64,000 nucleotides of DNA, taken from Azolla caroliniana (lineage: Eukaryota > Plantae > Polypodiophyta). A program made the translations under genes and the position numbers. The notes beneath the pieces are model-generated. The model had not been told where the DNA came from, searched no databases, and was given only the letters and a program-made list of their open reading frames with translations. Positions 1 to 11,209 of the stretch are shown piece by piece. Within the stretch, counting starts at the first letter, position 1. Each line of letters opens with the position of its first letter. The stretch lies in contig JBHGNT010000021.1 in the NCBI GenBank assembly GCA_043228905.1, positions 7,812,001 through 7,876,000 of the forward strand, given 5' to 3'.

Positions 1-2669
1 ATTCTTTACGGTTTCTTGTGCTCGGGTGCTAGCAGTGTTTAAAGTAGAAGATTATGAGGGAGAATTCATCGAAATTTGCAAGTACTTAAGCTCTCTTACA
101 AAGGATGAATCATGGTCAAAGGAATTCTACCGAATTAGGAAGAAGGCCTACAAGTTCTTCCTCAAAGAAGGACATCTATGGAAGTTTCCAAAGAAGAAGA
201 ATGGAACTCCACTTCGAGTAGTGTGCAAGAAACAAGATCAACAAACACTAATTGCTGAATTTCATGATAGTGTGTGGGAAGGTCATCGAGGTATATGGGA
301 AACTTTCGCAAAGCTCAAGGAGAAGTATTGGTGGTAGGGTGTGTACAAAGATGTAACAAGCTATGTTGAAACATGTGAGGAATGCCAAGTATACTCGAAT
401 ATTCAACATGGGGATGAACTTCATTCGACATATCCATTATCAATGCATTATAAGTGGTTGGTAGAAATAGTGGTTATGCCGATGGGATTGGGGTAAATGA
501 AGTATCTCATGCTAGCAAGAGAGGATCTCACCAACCAAGTAGAAGGATGGGCACTAAGGAATAAAACAACTTCAGCGGTTTGTAAGTTTCTCCTTGAAGA
601 TGTTATTTGTCGATACGGATGTCTCGGCAAAATAGTAGCAGATACATGTAAATGAATCTAAAGAGTTCTTTTCAAGAATAGGCATCAAACTATCGCTCAC
701 CATGGTATACAACCCGAACGCAAATGGGAAGGTGGAACGAGGAGATAGTCCGATTGTAAAAGCTCTAGCAAAGGCTTGCGACGACAAGATGGGGAATTGG
801 CCATGATTACTACCTTATGCATTGTGGGCTAATAGAACTACACATAGCACGACTACAACATATATGCTAGCGAAACTCATATTAGGGCAAAAACCAATAA
901 TGCCTATCGAGCAAAGTATTGCTTCATGGACATATTTTCCATGGCAAGATGAAATGAGTCGAGAAGATTTGCTAGCTATAAGGATTCAACAATTTGAACG
1001 AAGGCCTGAAGATGTCGAGTTGGCAATAGAATGGTTGCCCTAAGCTCGATTGAAGAACAAGGAGAATTTTGATAAAAAGCATCGTCTTCGACAAAGAAAA
1101 ATTGAAGAAGGAGATTGGGTTCTTGTCTATGATAGTAGTCTTGATAATCAATATAGCACTGCTCGAAAGTTTGCAAAATGATGGTTTGGTCCGTATATGG
1201 TTAAGAAAATTGGAAACAATGCAACCTATTTTTTAGCGGAGTTAGATGGAACTCAACTTGCCTTGCCAATTGTACGAAAGAGGATCAAGATCTTTAACAG
1301 AAGAGAGGGCCCAAATCTTGAGATCGAAGCTCTAGATGATGTAGCCTCGAACATCGAGGTTGAAAAAGAGTAATTAAAAGAGGAACCTCACCATAATTGG
1401 CACATACCGGTGGATATGTAGGCTTGGTCGGGCTTAATGTCGTGTGGGTTTTTCACACACGATATGAAAACTAGTAAAATAATGATTTAATATTAGCTTA
1501 ATGTATTGATATGGAAAGATAGATGTCTTCAAGAGTTTCATAACGTATTTTACTACGCATGAAATGGATAAACAAGCATCAAGTTATATGAGTGAGAAGT
1601 TTGAAGAGAAAAGGGAAAAAACAAAACTGTGAGATATCCCACATAGATAGGATAACATTGGATTCCCCAATATATATAGAAAGCCAAAACCTATTCACTA
1701 TATCAATGTGTGAAGTACAGAATGTTCAAGGTGACTTGGGCTAAATTGTGTGTTTGAATAACTCAAATGATTTTGGGTCATCGCATACGGCCTGGTCGGG
1801 ACGCGCGTGCGTGCGGGCGCGCATGCGGATATGTACACGGCTCTGTTGGGATGCGTGTCTGTGCGGGCACGCGCGGATGCGTACACTACGCGGTTAGGAT
1901 GCACGCGTGTGCGGATGCGTACACTGCGCGGTCGAGATGCGTGCGTGTGCGGATGCGTATACTACCTGGTCGGGACACGCGCGTGCGTGGATGCATGCAC
2001 TGCACAGTCGTGACGCGCACGCGAACACGTCTACGGTTTGGTTGCTACGCATGTACGGATTGCGCATGGGCTAAAATTTATGGATGATTACGTCATTTGA
2101 CCGAATTATACGGACGGTCGCATGCAACTAATAGCCAAGGCCATGCAACTAAAAGTAAAAGGCATGCAACTACAAATGGAAGCATGCAACTAAAAGTAAA
2201 AGGCATGGAACTAAAAGTAGAGGCCATGCAACTAAAAGTGGACATGCAAAGTAACATTGGGACGGGGGATCAACAAAGAGCTCAATATAAGTTCCATTTT
2301 TTCCCTCTACTTTTTTTTTTCCCCCTTTCTTCTTCTCTCTCCCATTCCTTGGGAAATAAATCTCTCTCATATTGATATCGGACCACTCCTTACATGGTTG
2401 TTGGCTCCTTCCTTTCAAGAATAATCTCTCTTATTCATATCAGACCACTCCTTACATGGTTGTTGGCTCCTTTCTTTTTAAGAATGATCTTTTATATTCA
2501 TATCCAATCCATTGTAACATGATTCTAAGTTGATAAAGAATCGATTTCTTTTGCAATAAACAAATGTTTCCTCTCATCTACTTGTCTTATATGTGAATCT
2601 TGCTCGTGTTGTTGTGCGTGTGTGTACTAATTCCTTCCAGTCCATAACCCCGACGGTTCCGTCTCACGA
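1..2669 (+). mobile_element. Decayed Ty3/gypsy element, 3' part (integrase, 3' UTR, 3' LTR ~1438-2669)
   Basis: Integrase HHCC region (FHDSVWEGHRG...CEECQ), core and GPY motif, broken by stops. LTR starts TGTCGTG at 1438 and ends ...CACGA at ~2669. The pre-LTR motif ttggcacataccggtggatatg is shared with the minus-strand element at 4506-4540. Confidence 0.8.
1785..2250. repeat. LTR-internal degenerate tandem repeats (gcgtgtgcggatgcgtacact-like; catgcaactaaaagt-like)
   Basis: Repeated short units visible at 1785-2070 and 2120-2250. Confidence 0.7.
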
Positions 2670-3927
2670 TCCGCACATAGTCACGGATTCTCATGACACC
2701 GGTTTGAGGCCCTTCTTGGCTGGTTCAGACTTCCTTTCTGAAGATTCGCGTTCTTCCTTTCCGGGGTTAGATTCAATCCGATCCGACCCTTCACTACTGG
2801 TATCGTATTTTGACATATTCTTCTTCCCCTTCTCTTTGTGAGTGAATCCTCTCCTCGGTTCCTTGCGGGTGGAGAGCACGATAGAGTCTCCACTACTCGC
2901 CTGTTCTACATCCGAATAGTCATCCCGACTCAGCCACTGATTCGGCCCACTTAGCTGGAATGAGATCAGACTCTCATCTAGAGTACCGAAGTCTTCATCT
3001 TGTACTTGGACCTCTTCCGGCTCATTAGCCTCATCTTCAGGAATCGGGTCGGAGTCAAAAGTTGGAGTCGGTATAGAGTACCATCATGCCGATTCATCGA
3101 ACTCGACATCTCGGCTTACTCGGACCTGTTTAGTTTGGGGGTTAAAACACTTATACCCCTTCTACTCATGCGAGGAACCGACTAGGATGCACTTCTCCGA
3201 CTTTAGATCCAGCTTCCTCCGCTTCTCATCCGGTACATTCCCATATACTATGCTACCGAAGATCCGAAGGTGCCTCAAATTCGGCTTCCGCTCGAAATAC
3301 AGCTCGTGTGCTGACACCTTGTCACTGATTTGGTTTTGGATGTAGACAGCCGTCCGGACTGCCTCAACCCAGTAGAATTTGGGCATGCTCTTCTCCTCTA
3401 GCATTGCCCTTGCGGCGTTGACAATCGACCGGTTCTATCTCTCGGCCACACCGTTTTGTTCCGATGAGTATTGGTAGTTGAATTCTCCCGGAATTCCGTT
3501 CTATTGTAGATAACCATTGAATTGGCCGGAAAAATATTCTTTTTCGCCATCTGACTGCAAGCACTTGATCTTCCTCTTTGTCTCCCTTTTGATTAAGCTT
3601 TGAAGGTTCCGGAAACAGTCGAAGACTTCACTTTTCTTTTCGATGAGGTAGATCCACGTGTGCCGGCGATAGTCGTCGATGAAGGAGATGAAATATCAAA
3701 TCCCGCCAAGACTAACCTTTTGTACCGGTCCCCATACATTCGAAAGGATTAGGTCGAGCTTGTTATGGCTCCGGTTTTGTTCGGTGGGGAATGGAAGCCG
3801 GTGTTGCTTCCCGAGTTGGCAGGCTTCACATATTTGGGCCTTCTGGCCACTAAACTTTGGCAATTCGAACACAACCTATTTCGATTGCATATCTTGAGGC
3901 CTCCAGTACTTGATGAGGCTAATCCGC

Positions 3928-6900
3928 TGTTGCGGTAATCTACGGGTACGTGTAGGATTTGAGGCGGGACCACGAGGGTCTTGGAGTAGGGAGTAGAGGA
4001 GAAGGAATAAGAAACAAAATGGAAGCTTAGCTCAAGAGGAGAAGACGAAGAATAGCACATAAACATAGAATGGAATAGATGGAGGGAAGATACACCCACA
4101 AGCCAAGAAAATCAACATGCTATATTAAGAGTTCACAAAAGATTACAACCAAGGTCGCATAGGCCACACCAAAAACGACTACAAGAAAACCCTCACTAGA
4201 TGAGCAAGTAAAGAAGTATAGTAAGACCTTAAAGGAAACCCCAGAAGAAACCCTAACCGAAACCCTAAAACCGAATAGGAAACCCTCCACCCAAGTGGTA
4301 TGCCTCTCCCCCTCCAAATAGGAAACCCCTTCACAAGAGACCCCTCCCTTCCTTTTATAGACCGAGGGAGAGACGTTACAATGTGGGATAAATTCTCCCC
4401 CTTATTCTATATACTATTTTCCTACTATACATGTGCACATGTTGCACCTTGCTGACTTGCCCATTCCATCTCGGTTTGACACCAAAGGCGGAAATCTTCA
4501 TGACATCCACCCCCACCAAACCGCACATCTACCGGTATGTGCCAAGAGGAGAAGGGTGAGAGATTTCGACAACGGTGATCAACCGGGTCCTCCACCGTCC
4601 CGACACCTTACCGCCTTGCCGGCTCCTATGGATCCCAATCCGTCGGATCCATCCGATCCGCCACGTCCATTGCGTGTCCCCGAACCACTGACTCCATGTG
4701 ATCCTCGATCGGTCCTCCCGAACGTCGTTGCCGACCCGGTCTCTCTTCCTTTGTCCGCCGCATATGTCCTCCAGAGATGCTCCCGATCTCTCCGATTGCA
4801 CGCCAAATTCCACCCGTTGCATGTCGCGTATGTCCTTCCTTCAGTACGATTGTCTCTGCATCCCAAACACCTCGGCGTGCCGACTCTCTTCGCTCCGCGC
4901 TTGCACTCTGTAAGCTCTTCTCGTGCGTCGATGTTGTCCTCCGAATACGCGCTCATTCTTTGGTCCTTATGTGACCCCATTACGCGCTCCTCGCTTCTCC
5001 CATGCTCGTCATGCTCTCTCGCGATAGAGCGTACCCCATCCCGACATCCATGTTGGTGTACCCCGTTCGGCGTCCTTTGCGGCTCTTGTTACCGCTTCGT
5101 CTCGACTCACGCCCTCTTGGCCTGCTTGGTTTTGCATGCCCTCTGAAAAGTTGCGCTTCCTCTTCCCTGTACGTAGCCCTTTGTTCTCCACGCACCTCCT
5201 CTGGTTTCCAAGACATGTCCTTCCGCTCATGTCGTCCATCCGTCGATCACGGCACCTCACCGCTCCGTCCTCCGTCTTGTACTTGCCTCTCAAAGGCTTG
5301 ACCGGACCGCTATCACCGGTCACTCGTTGCCTCTCTTCCGGGTGTATGCTTGTTCTTTGGCCCTTCGTCGGCCGTAATGCATGCTTCGTATCGCGCCATA
5401 GTGCATGCTTCGTGTTACACGTTTCTCCCGCCGTAGTCCCGGCCTCCGCGCCGGCCTCTTCTCCCTTTGTTGCCGTAGGCCCTTCCGACTCCGGCTTATC
5501 ATCTTGACCCCGCTCGTCCGTCATTCCGTATTAGATACCCGTTCCGGTAACCTCGTCCGCTCCGGCTTCCGACTCCTCGCAGCCACCCGTCGTCTCTCCG
5601 GTCTTACGTTGATCCACAACCACCGAAGTCTCTAGAATGGTTGTGGAGGGTCCCGCTTGTTTCCGATCTTTCACCGAACCATAGTCGTCATGCCTGGTTG
5701 GCCTCCTCGCACTCACCGGCTCCCACCGCATGTTGGGGCTTGTATGCCTTAACCTCCAATCATGCCGGCTTAGCCGTTGCCCGGTTCGGTTCCGATCGAT
5801 TGTGTTCCGGTTCGGTCGGCTTCCTTCCATAATCGTAACCAATCGGTAAGGGTTCAACCGAACACTTCCGACCTTGCCGGCTCTTCTTCGGTTCGGGCCG
5901 GTTGATCGGCCCCCGCTTCACTCTTCTCCCGGTTCCCCTTCCAGTCGGGTCGGTTCCCGACTCTCTCCTTGTTGCAGCTCCCGGCCTCTCCTTTGGTCCC
6001 TTTCTATATGCGCTTTCCGGGCCTTGCATCCTCCTCTTCGTCGTTTTCCTTGTCGTTGTCTTGGTTACCCGCCTTGCCACCGCCACCGTCCGTGACTCTA
6101 GGTCTCACACTGGCTCTTGGGCTGGATGCCGGAGTCTCTAGAACCGGTGTGGGTAAGGTCCCGACACCGCCGCTTGTCTTCTCCCCGTTTGATGTTTCGG
6201 GTCATCGTGTCCCGAATCCTCCGCCCACTCTCGAAGTGGCGTTCCCTGCTCCGTAGTCACTGGCCTCATCCATGGCCGTCCATTCACCGCAAGACGACAG
6301 GGTCTCTTGCTCCGTACCCTCTCCCACATCACTGTTGTATGATCTTCCGGCCTCCACATAGGCCTCGTCGTCCATGCATAGGGAGGCTTCTTCCTCCGCA
6401 TCCTCCGATTGTCTCCGGCCCGACTCTATAATAAGCCCCTCTTCGGCTTCGATATTCGACCTCACGATCTCGTATGCCTCCCGTATCAATGCTTCTAGGT
6501 TGCACTCCTCCATATCATTACGCATAGAGCTCTCTTCCGACGGTAGTGCGTAGTCACTCACCGCTCTCCCTTCTCCACTACTCGCAGGCCGTGTTGTGGC
6601 CAATTGCCTCGCATCATGTTGCCAACACACCCACTCTACTTCGGACCACTCTTCAGTGAGACCGTGTGCTCCGTAATCATCATGAAGCTTGAATAGGAGG
6701 TCCATTCTTTTCTCTTGATGGACCGTCTTAAAAAATAGGAGAACTTTGTCCGCCCCCACCGATCTCCGTTCTCGCTCCGAGAGTTGAGAGAAACAACGCT
6801 TGAACTCTCGGAATGCCTCCATCATGCTCCGATGGAGCTTCGCCAACGCCACCAACCGATCGAACTCTTGCCGACTTCGCCCCTCCGGTTTCTTGTACCC

Positions 6901-7813
6901 GTACGCCTCCAATAGAGCTCCCTCGAAGGACTCCCATGACTTGTGAGCTTCTGTAAGCTCCTTGACCCCTTTGTGCATCGATACGGCCGCTACTCGACAA
7001 AAAAAATCTAGCCACATCGCTTCGTCCACGCCCCTTTCCATCATTTCGGCATTGTAAGCTCCGGAAAATTTTGGGGCATCATCCCCGTTGAACCGGCCGA
7101 CTCGACAGACCACCCTTTCGACGGCTTGTTGAGCCGCATCTCGCTTCTCCTTCTTTTGTTCGGCATCAATCACGATCTTTGCCATTATCTCTGCAAAGTC
7201 GAAGTCTTCTTCCATCTCCGTTCTCCCTTGCCACCTCTTCACATCGGGTTCCCCAAAGATGTCGCGGTAATCCGCAGGTACGTGTAGGATCCAAGGCAGG
7301 ACCATGGGGGTCTTGGACACAAAATGGAAGCTTAGCTCAAGAGGAGAAGAGGAAGAATAGCACATAAAGATAGAGTAGAATAGATGGAGGCAAGATACAC
7401 CCACAAGACAAGAAAATCAACATGCTATATTAAGAGTTCACAAAAGATTACAACCAAGGCCGCATAGGCCGCACCAAAAACGACTACAAGAAAACCCTCA
7501 TTGGATGAGCAAGTAAAGAAGTATAGTAAAACCCTAAAGGAAACCCAAGAAGAAACCCTAACCGAAACCCTAAAACCGAATAGGAAACCCTTCACCCAAG
7601 TGGTATGCCTCTCCCCCTCCAAATAGGCAACCCCTTCACAAGAGACCCCTCCCTTCCTTTTATAGGCCAAGGAGGGAGAGACGTTACAATGTGGGATAAA
7701 TTCTCCCCCTTATTCTATATACTATTTTCCTACTATACATGTGCACATGTTGCACCTTGCTGACTTGCCCATTCCATCTCGGTTTGACACCAAAGGCAGA
7801 AATCTTCACGACA
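3928..7813 (-). mobile_element. Non-autonomous (gag-only) Ty3/gypsy-type LTR element with 4-bp TSD
   Basis: Two similar LTRs, 3928-4505 and 7260-7813 (TG...CA). TSD ccgc at 3924-3927 and 7814-7817. Degenerate tRNA-Trp PBS at 7238-7255; purine-rich tract at 4506-4520. No RT, RNase H or integrase motifs seen inside. Confidence 0.85.
6202..7215 (-). CDS. Gag-like protein of the non-autonomous gypsy element
   Basis: Open ORF beginning MEEDFDF just after the PBS. VGRFNGDDAPKF...AYNAEM resembles IGRFGGKDATSYLEAYWAEM in the gag at ~35800. Confidence 0.7.
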   Translation of the reverse strand: MEEDFDFAEIMAKIVIDAEQKKEKRDAAQQAVERVVCRVGRFNGDDAPKFSGAYNAEMMERGVDEAMWLDFFCRVAAVSMHKGVKELTEAHKSWESFEGALLEAYGYKKPEGRSRQEFDRLVALAKLHRSMMEAFREFKRCFSQLSERERRSVGADKVLLFFKTVHQEKRMDLLFKLHDDYGAHGLTEEWSEVEWVCWQHDARQLATTRPASSGEGRAVSDYALPSEESSMRNDMEECNLEALIREAYEIVRSNIEAEEGLIIESGRRQSEDAEEEASLCMDDEAYVEAGRSYNSDVGEGTEQETLSSCGEWTAMDEASDYGAGNATSRVGGGFGTR

Positions 7814-8734
7814 CCGCTTATTGCAGAGATCGATGTCTAATTCAATCTTCTGTCCTTTGGCAAACATGGCGGTGCCAACATCATTAGTGTTGAGGATCAA
7901 CATCCTCCCTTCTTTGCGCCTTGCACAATTCCATAGCCTTCTTCCTCAATGAAACACCCGAGGTGCGTAAACCGCACCTGCATTCCCTGGTCGACTATTT
8001 GTTCGACCGATACTAGGTTCTTTGTGATAGTCGGAATGTGTAATACGTTCATCAGCTTTCCCTTTCGTCCGACATGGCTTAAAGGGACTTCTCCGACATG
8101 CGCAATTGGGTGAGGCGTGTCGTCTCCAGTTTCGACAATCCCCGGTTGTTCTAGTTTCTGTAAAAACGAGAACCACTCTTCATGGCTCGTCATATGGTTA
8201 GATGCTCCGGAATCAATGTACCACACTTCCTCCAGTACGGAAGTGGTTTTCTTCATCGAGTTGGCCTTGTGCTTCATCACAAAGGTTGGCCCCTTTCCGG
8301 TCTTCCCGGTTCCGGATCCTTCCGATCCTTGTACGTCGTGCGAGCTTTGCCGGTTTCCCTATCGGGTCTTGTTGGATCTAGATTTATCCGAATCGGTGCA
8401 CTTCTTCCAACACGTGCTTTGTTTGTGGCCTTTTTTGCCACAATACTAGCATTCCGTGTGGGCCTTTCCTTGCCGATTTCCGGCACTAGCTTGACTCCCC
8501 CTACTTGTGGAGGGTTGGGAATTGTTGTCGGCACTGTCTCTGTGCCTTAGGTTCTGCTCTTGCTGGGCGCCTCCATTGCGTGCCGACCCACCTTGTCCTC
8601 CACGCCCACGGGGTTGATCCGCCTCCATGTACAGCATCCGGCTGTCTGATTGAGTGGTCCTCAACATTAATTGTAAGTCGAAGAAGGATAGTGGTTTCTC
8701 CTGGGTGCAAATTGCTGTCAGGATTGGCCTCTTA

Positions 8735-9325
8735 TGTACAGGAAACAAAGGGAAAGAAATGCACCCGACATCAACAGAGACACAAATATGCACAACCCTT
8801 TATATATATGATTACAAGAGTGAGTTACAACTCCAGCTCCGAGCTGGACTGAGGTAGGCTAGGTCACAACAGCAGTTTGTCGCCAAGCCGCTGTTGGGGA
8901 GCTCTCGGGCTTGTCGCGCCGAGCGGGGTCTTGCACAGGAGGCCAAGCAGAAGTAAACCCTAAACAGACACAAAGGGGGAGAAGAAGAAGAAGAAGAAGA
9001 AGAAGAAACCAAGATGAAACCCTAAAACAAAATAGGGTGAAGACCAAAGTACAAACCATAAGGGAACAAGAATAAGATGAAGAGGAAGAACACTACCAAA
9101 CCCTAGACCTAAGTGGTATACCCTCCTAACTCAAAATGGGCAACCCATTAACAAGGGACCCCTCCCTCCTTTTATAGACCAAGGAGGGGAGGGCGTTACA
9201 ATGTGGGACAAATACCCCCCCTTATTCTATACATTGTTTCCTACTATACATGTGCACATGTTGCACACCACCAACTTGCCCTACTCCACCCCGGTTTCAC
9301 ACTATAGCTGGGAATCTTCATGACA
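8735..9325 (-). mobile_element. Solo or truncated LTR related to the 3928-7813 family
   Basis: 9100-9325 aligns with 4290-4505 (ccaagtggta...cgttacaatgtggga...aatcttcatgaca). No TSD found; left boundary approximate. Confidence 0.7.
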
Positions 9326-11209
9326 TCGTGCACACCGGATGGTGGCGGTGGGTTGAGTGTGGTGGCTGGGAAAACTGAGGATGTGGCAGATTGAAGCTCA
9401 ATTAAAGATTAACGAAGGGTGGTGTTCTCGGCTTGGAGTTGTTCCAAAGTTGCAAGTATTTGGGGTAGGCTATCGGATGGATAGGACATGGATTTCGATG
9501 TGTGGTTAGCGAAGAGGGGGAGAGAGCGAAGAAGAAGGTGAACTAACTGTTAAGGACAAAAGAATCGGAGCTACAAGGATACTACAAGGATGCGATCGAC
9601 AAGCCTAAAAATGCTACAAAGACACTATTGATAAGCTAAGGGGAAGTATCATTAACTAGTGTTATTCACCTGGAATTCATTCATGGTTGTCAATGTTAAC
9701 GTGCGAAAGTGTTAGACAGAACCGGCTCAACTGGATAGAAATAGAGAATAAGATGAAGGTTTAATGGAGAAACTTAATACACAGAGAGTATACGCGGGAG
9801 AGATAGAGAGAGCAAAATGTAAAGTAGATTCAAAAATAATAAAAACACTCTGTAACTCTGTACATACAACATGCTAAACAACACTATTTATACAAGTCCT
9901 CAAAAGGACTCACAGAAGTACTATGTACTTCAATGCTCATACGAGTGACTAACACCAACTACGAGACAATGATTACCTACTAGTTTAGGCTACTACCAGG
10001 CTTCGGGTTCACACTCGAATCCAGCTCTCCGATTTGTCTCCCATATCTGGTCGGTTGTTTCCAGATACCATCCGGATACCGATCCGGCTCATCCTTCCGT
10101 ATGTCGATCCGGCTTTGGCTTATTCAACCGATCCGGATCCGGTTGAGCTTGGTTGCTCAACAATCCCCCTCAAGCTCAACTTGAGGTCAGATCGTGGTGT
10201 TGGTGTCTATGGCAGCCGGTCCATCCACTCGGCTCCTTCTGACGTCGTTTTGCCTGCCTCACGCTCCTCGTCTGGTCCGGTCCTGTTTGCCGCGACCCTT
10301 CTGGTTCTGCGCACTTCGACCTCCTCGGTCGACATGTCTACTCAATAGGCCCATTTCAGCTCCCTCATTGCTGTGACTCTGGCACTTGTCAACCCGTTAG
10401 TTCCTTCATGTTGGCATCGACTTCCGCTACGTCCGTGTCCTCTTGGCCTTTAGTTGATCCGGCTCCTCCAAATCCAACTGTTGAAGCGAATCGGCTAGTT
10501 CCGATTCGTTCCCGCTCTTGTCCGAGTTGGTGTTCTCCAACTCATCTTCCAGTTTTAGGCCCTTCACCACATCAAACCATGTCCAGGTCTTGGCCTTCTC
10601 CTTCCGGTTAGCTCTGTCCTTCTTGACTCTACCGCCATTGCCGCTCGTTCTGACTTGTTCGGATGTGCTGACTTCCTGCGTCGACTTGGATTCCTTTTTC
10701 CTCTTGTCTCCCCCTTTGTTGGTTCTTCCCTTTACAGTTCCTTGTCCAGTGCCGTCAGCAATTTCTTTACCTTTGCCCGTTATGACACCAGTTTCTTTGT
10801 GTTTGCCTGTTCTCCCCCTCAAGTGCGGCATGTCGAGATGATGAACACCAAGCATTTCGGTGAAGTGTTGCAACTTGTCCGATCTGAGTGGTTTGGTGAA
10901 GATGTCGGCAACCTGCCGATCTATACGAACATATGAAAGTTCAACTTCACTGCTCACGCACGAAGTGATAATGCAGTTCTATTTGCTTTGTTCGAGCATG
11001 GAATACAGGGTTCTTCGTGAGTTGTATGTTGCTTATGTTGTTGTAGTAGATTAGGATCAGGGCCCGCACCTCGATCCAGAGATTTCGCAGTAGTCACCGA
11101 AGCCAAATGGGTTCACAAGTGGCATTGGTAGCGCCCCGGTATTCAACCTCAGTGCTCGACATAGCCACTGTTGGCTACTTTTTGCTACTCCACGCAATAG
11201 TTGCGCTAC

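Larger units (their letters stand above)
2670..8734 (-). mobile_element. Decayed Ty1/copia fragment (gag end, protease, integrase), interrupted by the insertion at 3928-7813
   Basis: WYIDSGASNHM protease motif (ORF 7897-8280) and MLEEKSMPKFYW...HLRIFGS integrase (3162-3404). The two flanks of the insertion rejoin across the ccgc duplication. Confidence 0.85.

Noticed and set aside
7216-7670. N-terminal extension of ORF 6202-7404 and small ORFs 4120-4317 and 7425-7670
   Set aside because: They lie within the LTRs or PBS and are repeated only because the LTRs are
9326-9687. Possible host gene sequence contiguous with 20616-21000
   Set aside because: No ORF or recognisable motif
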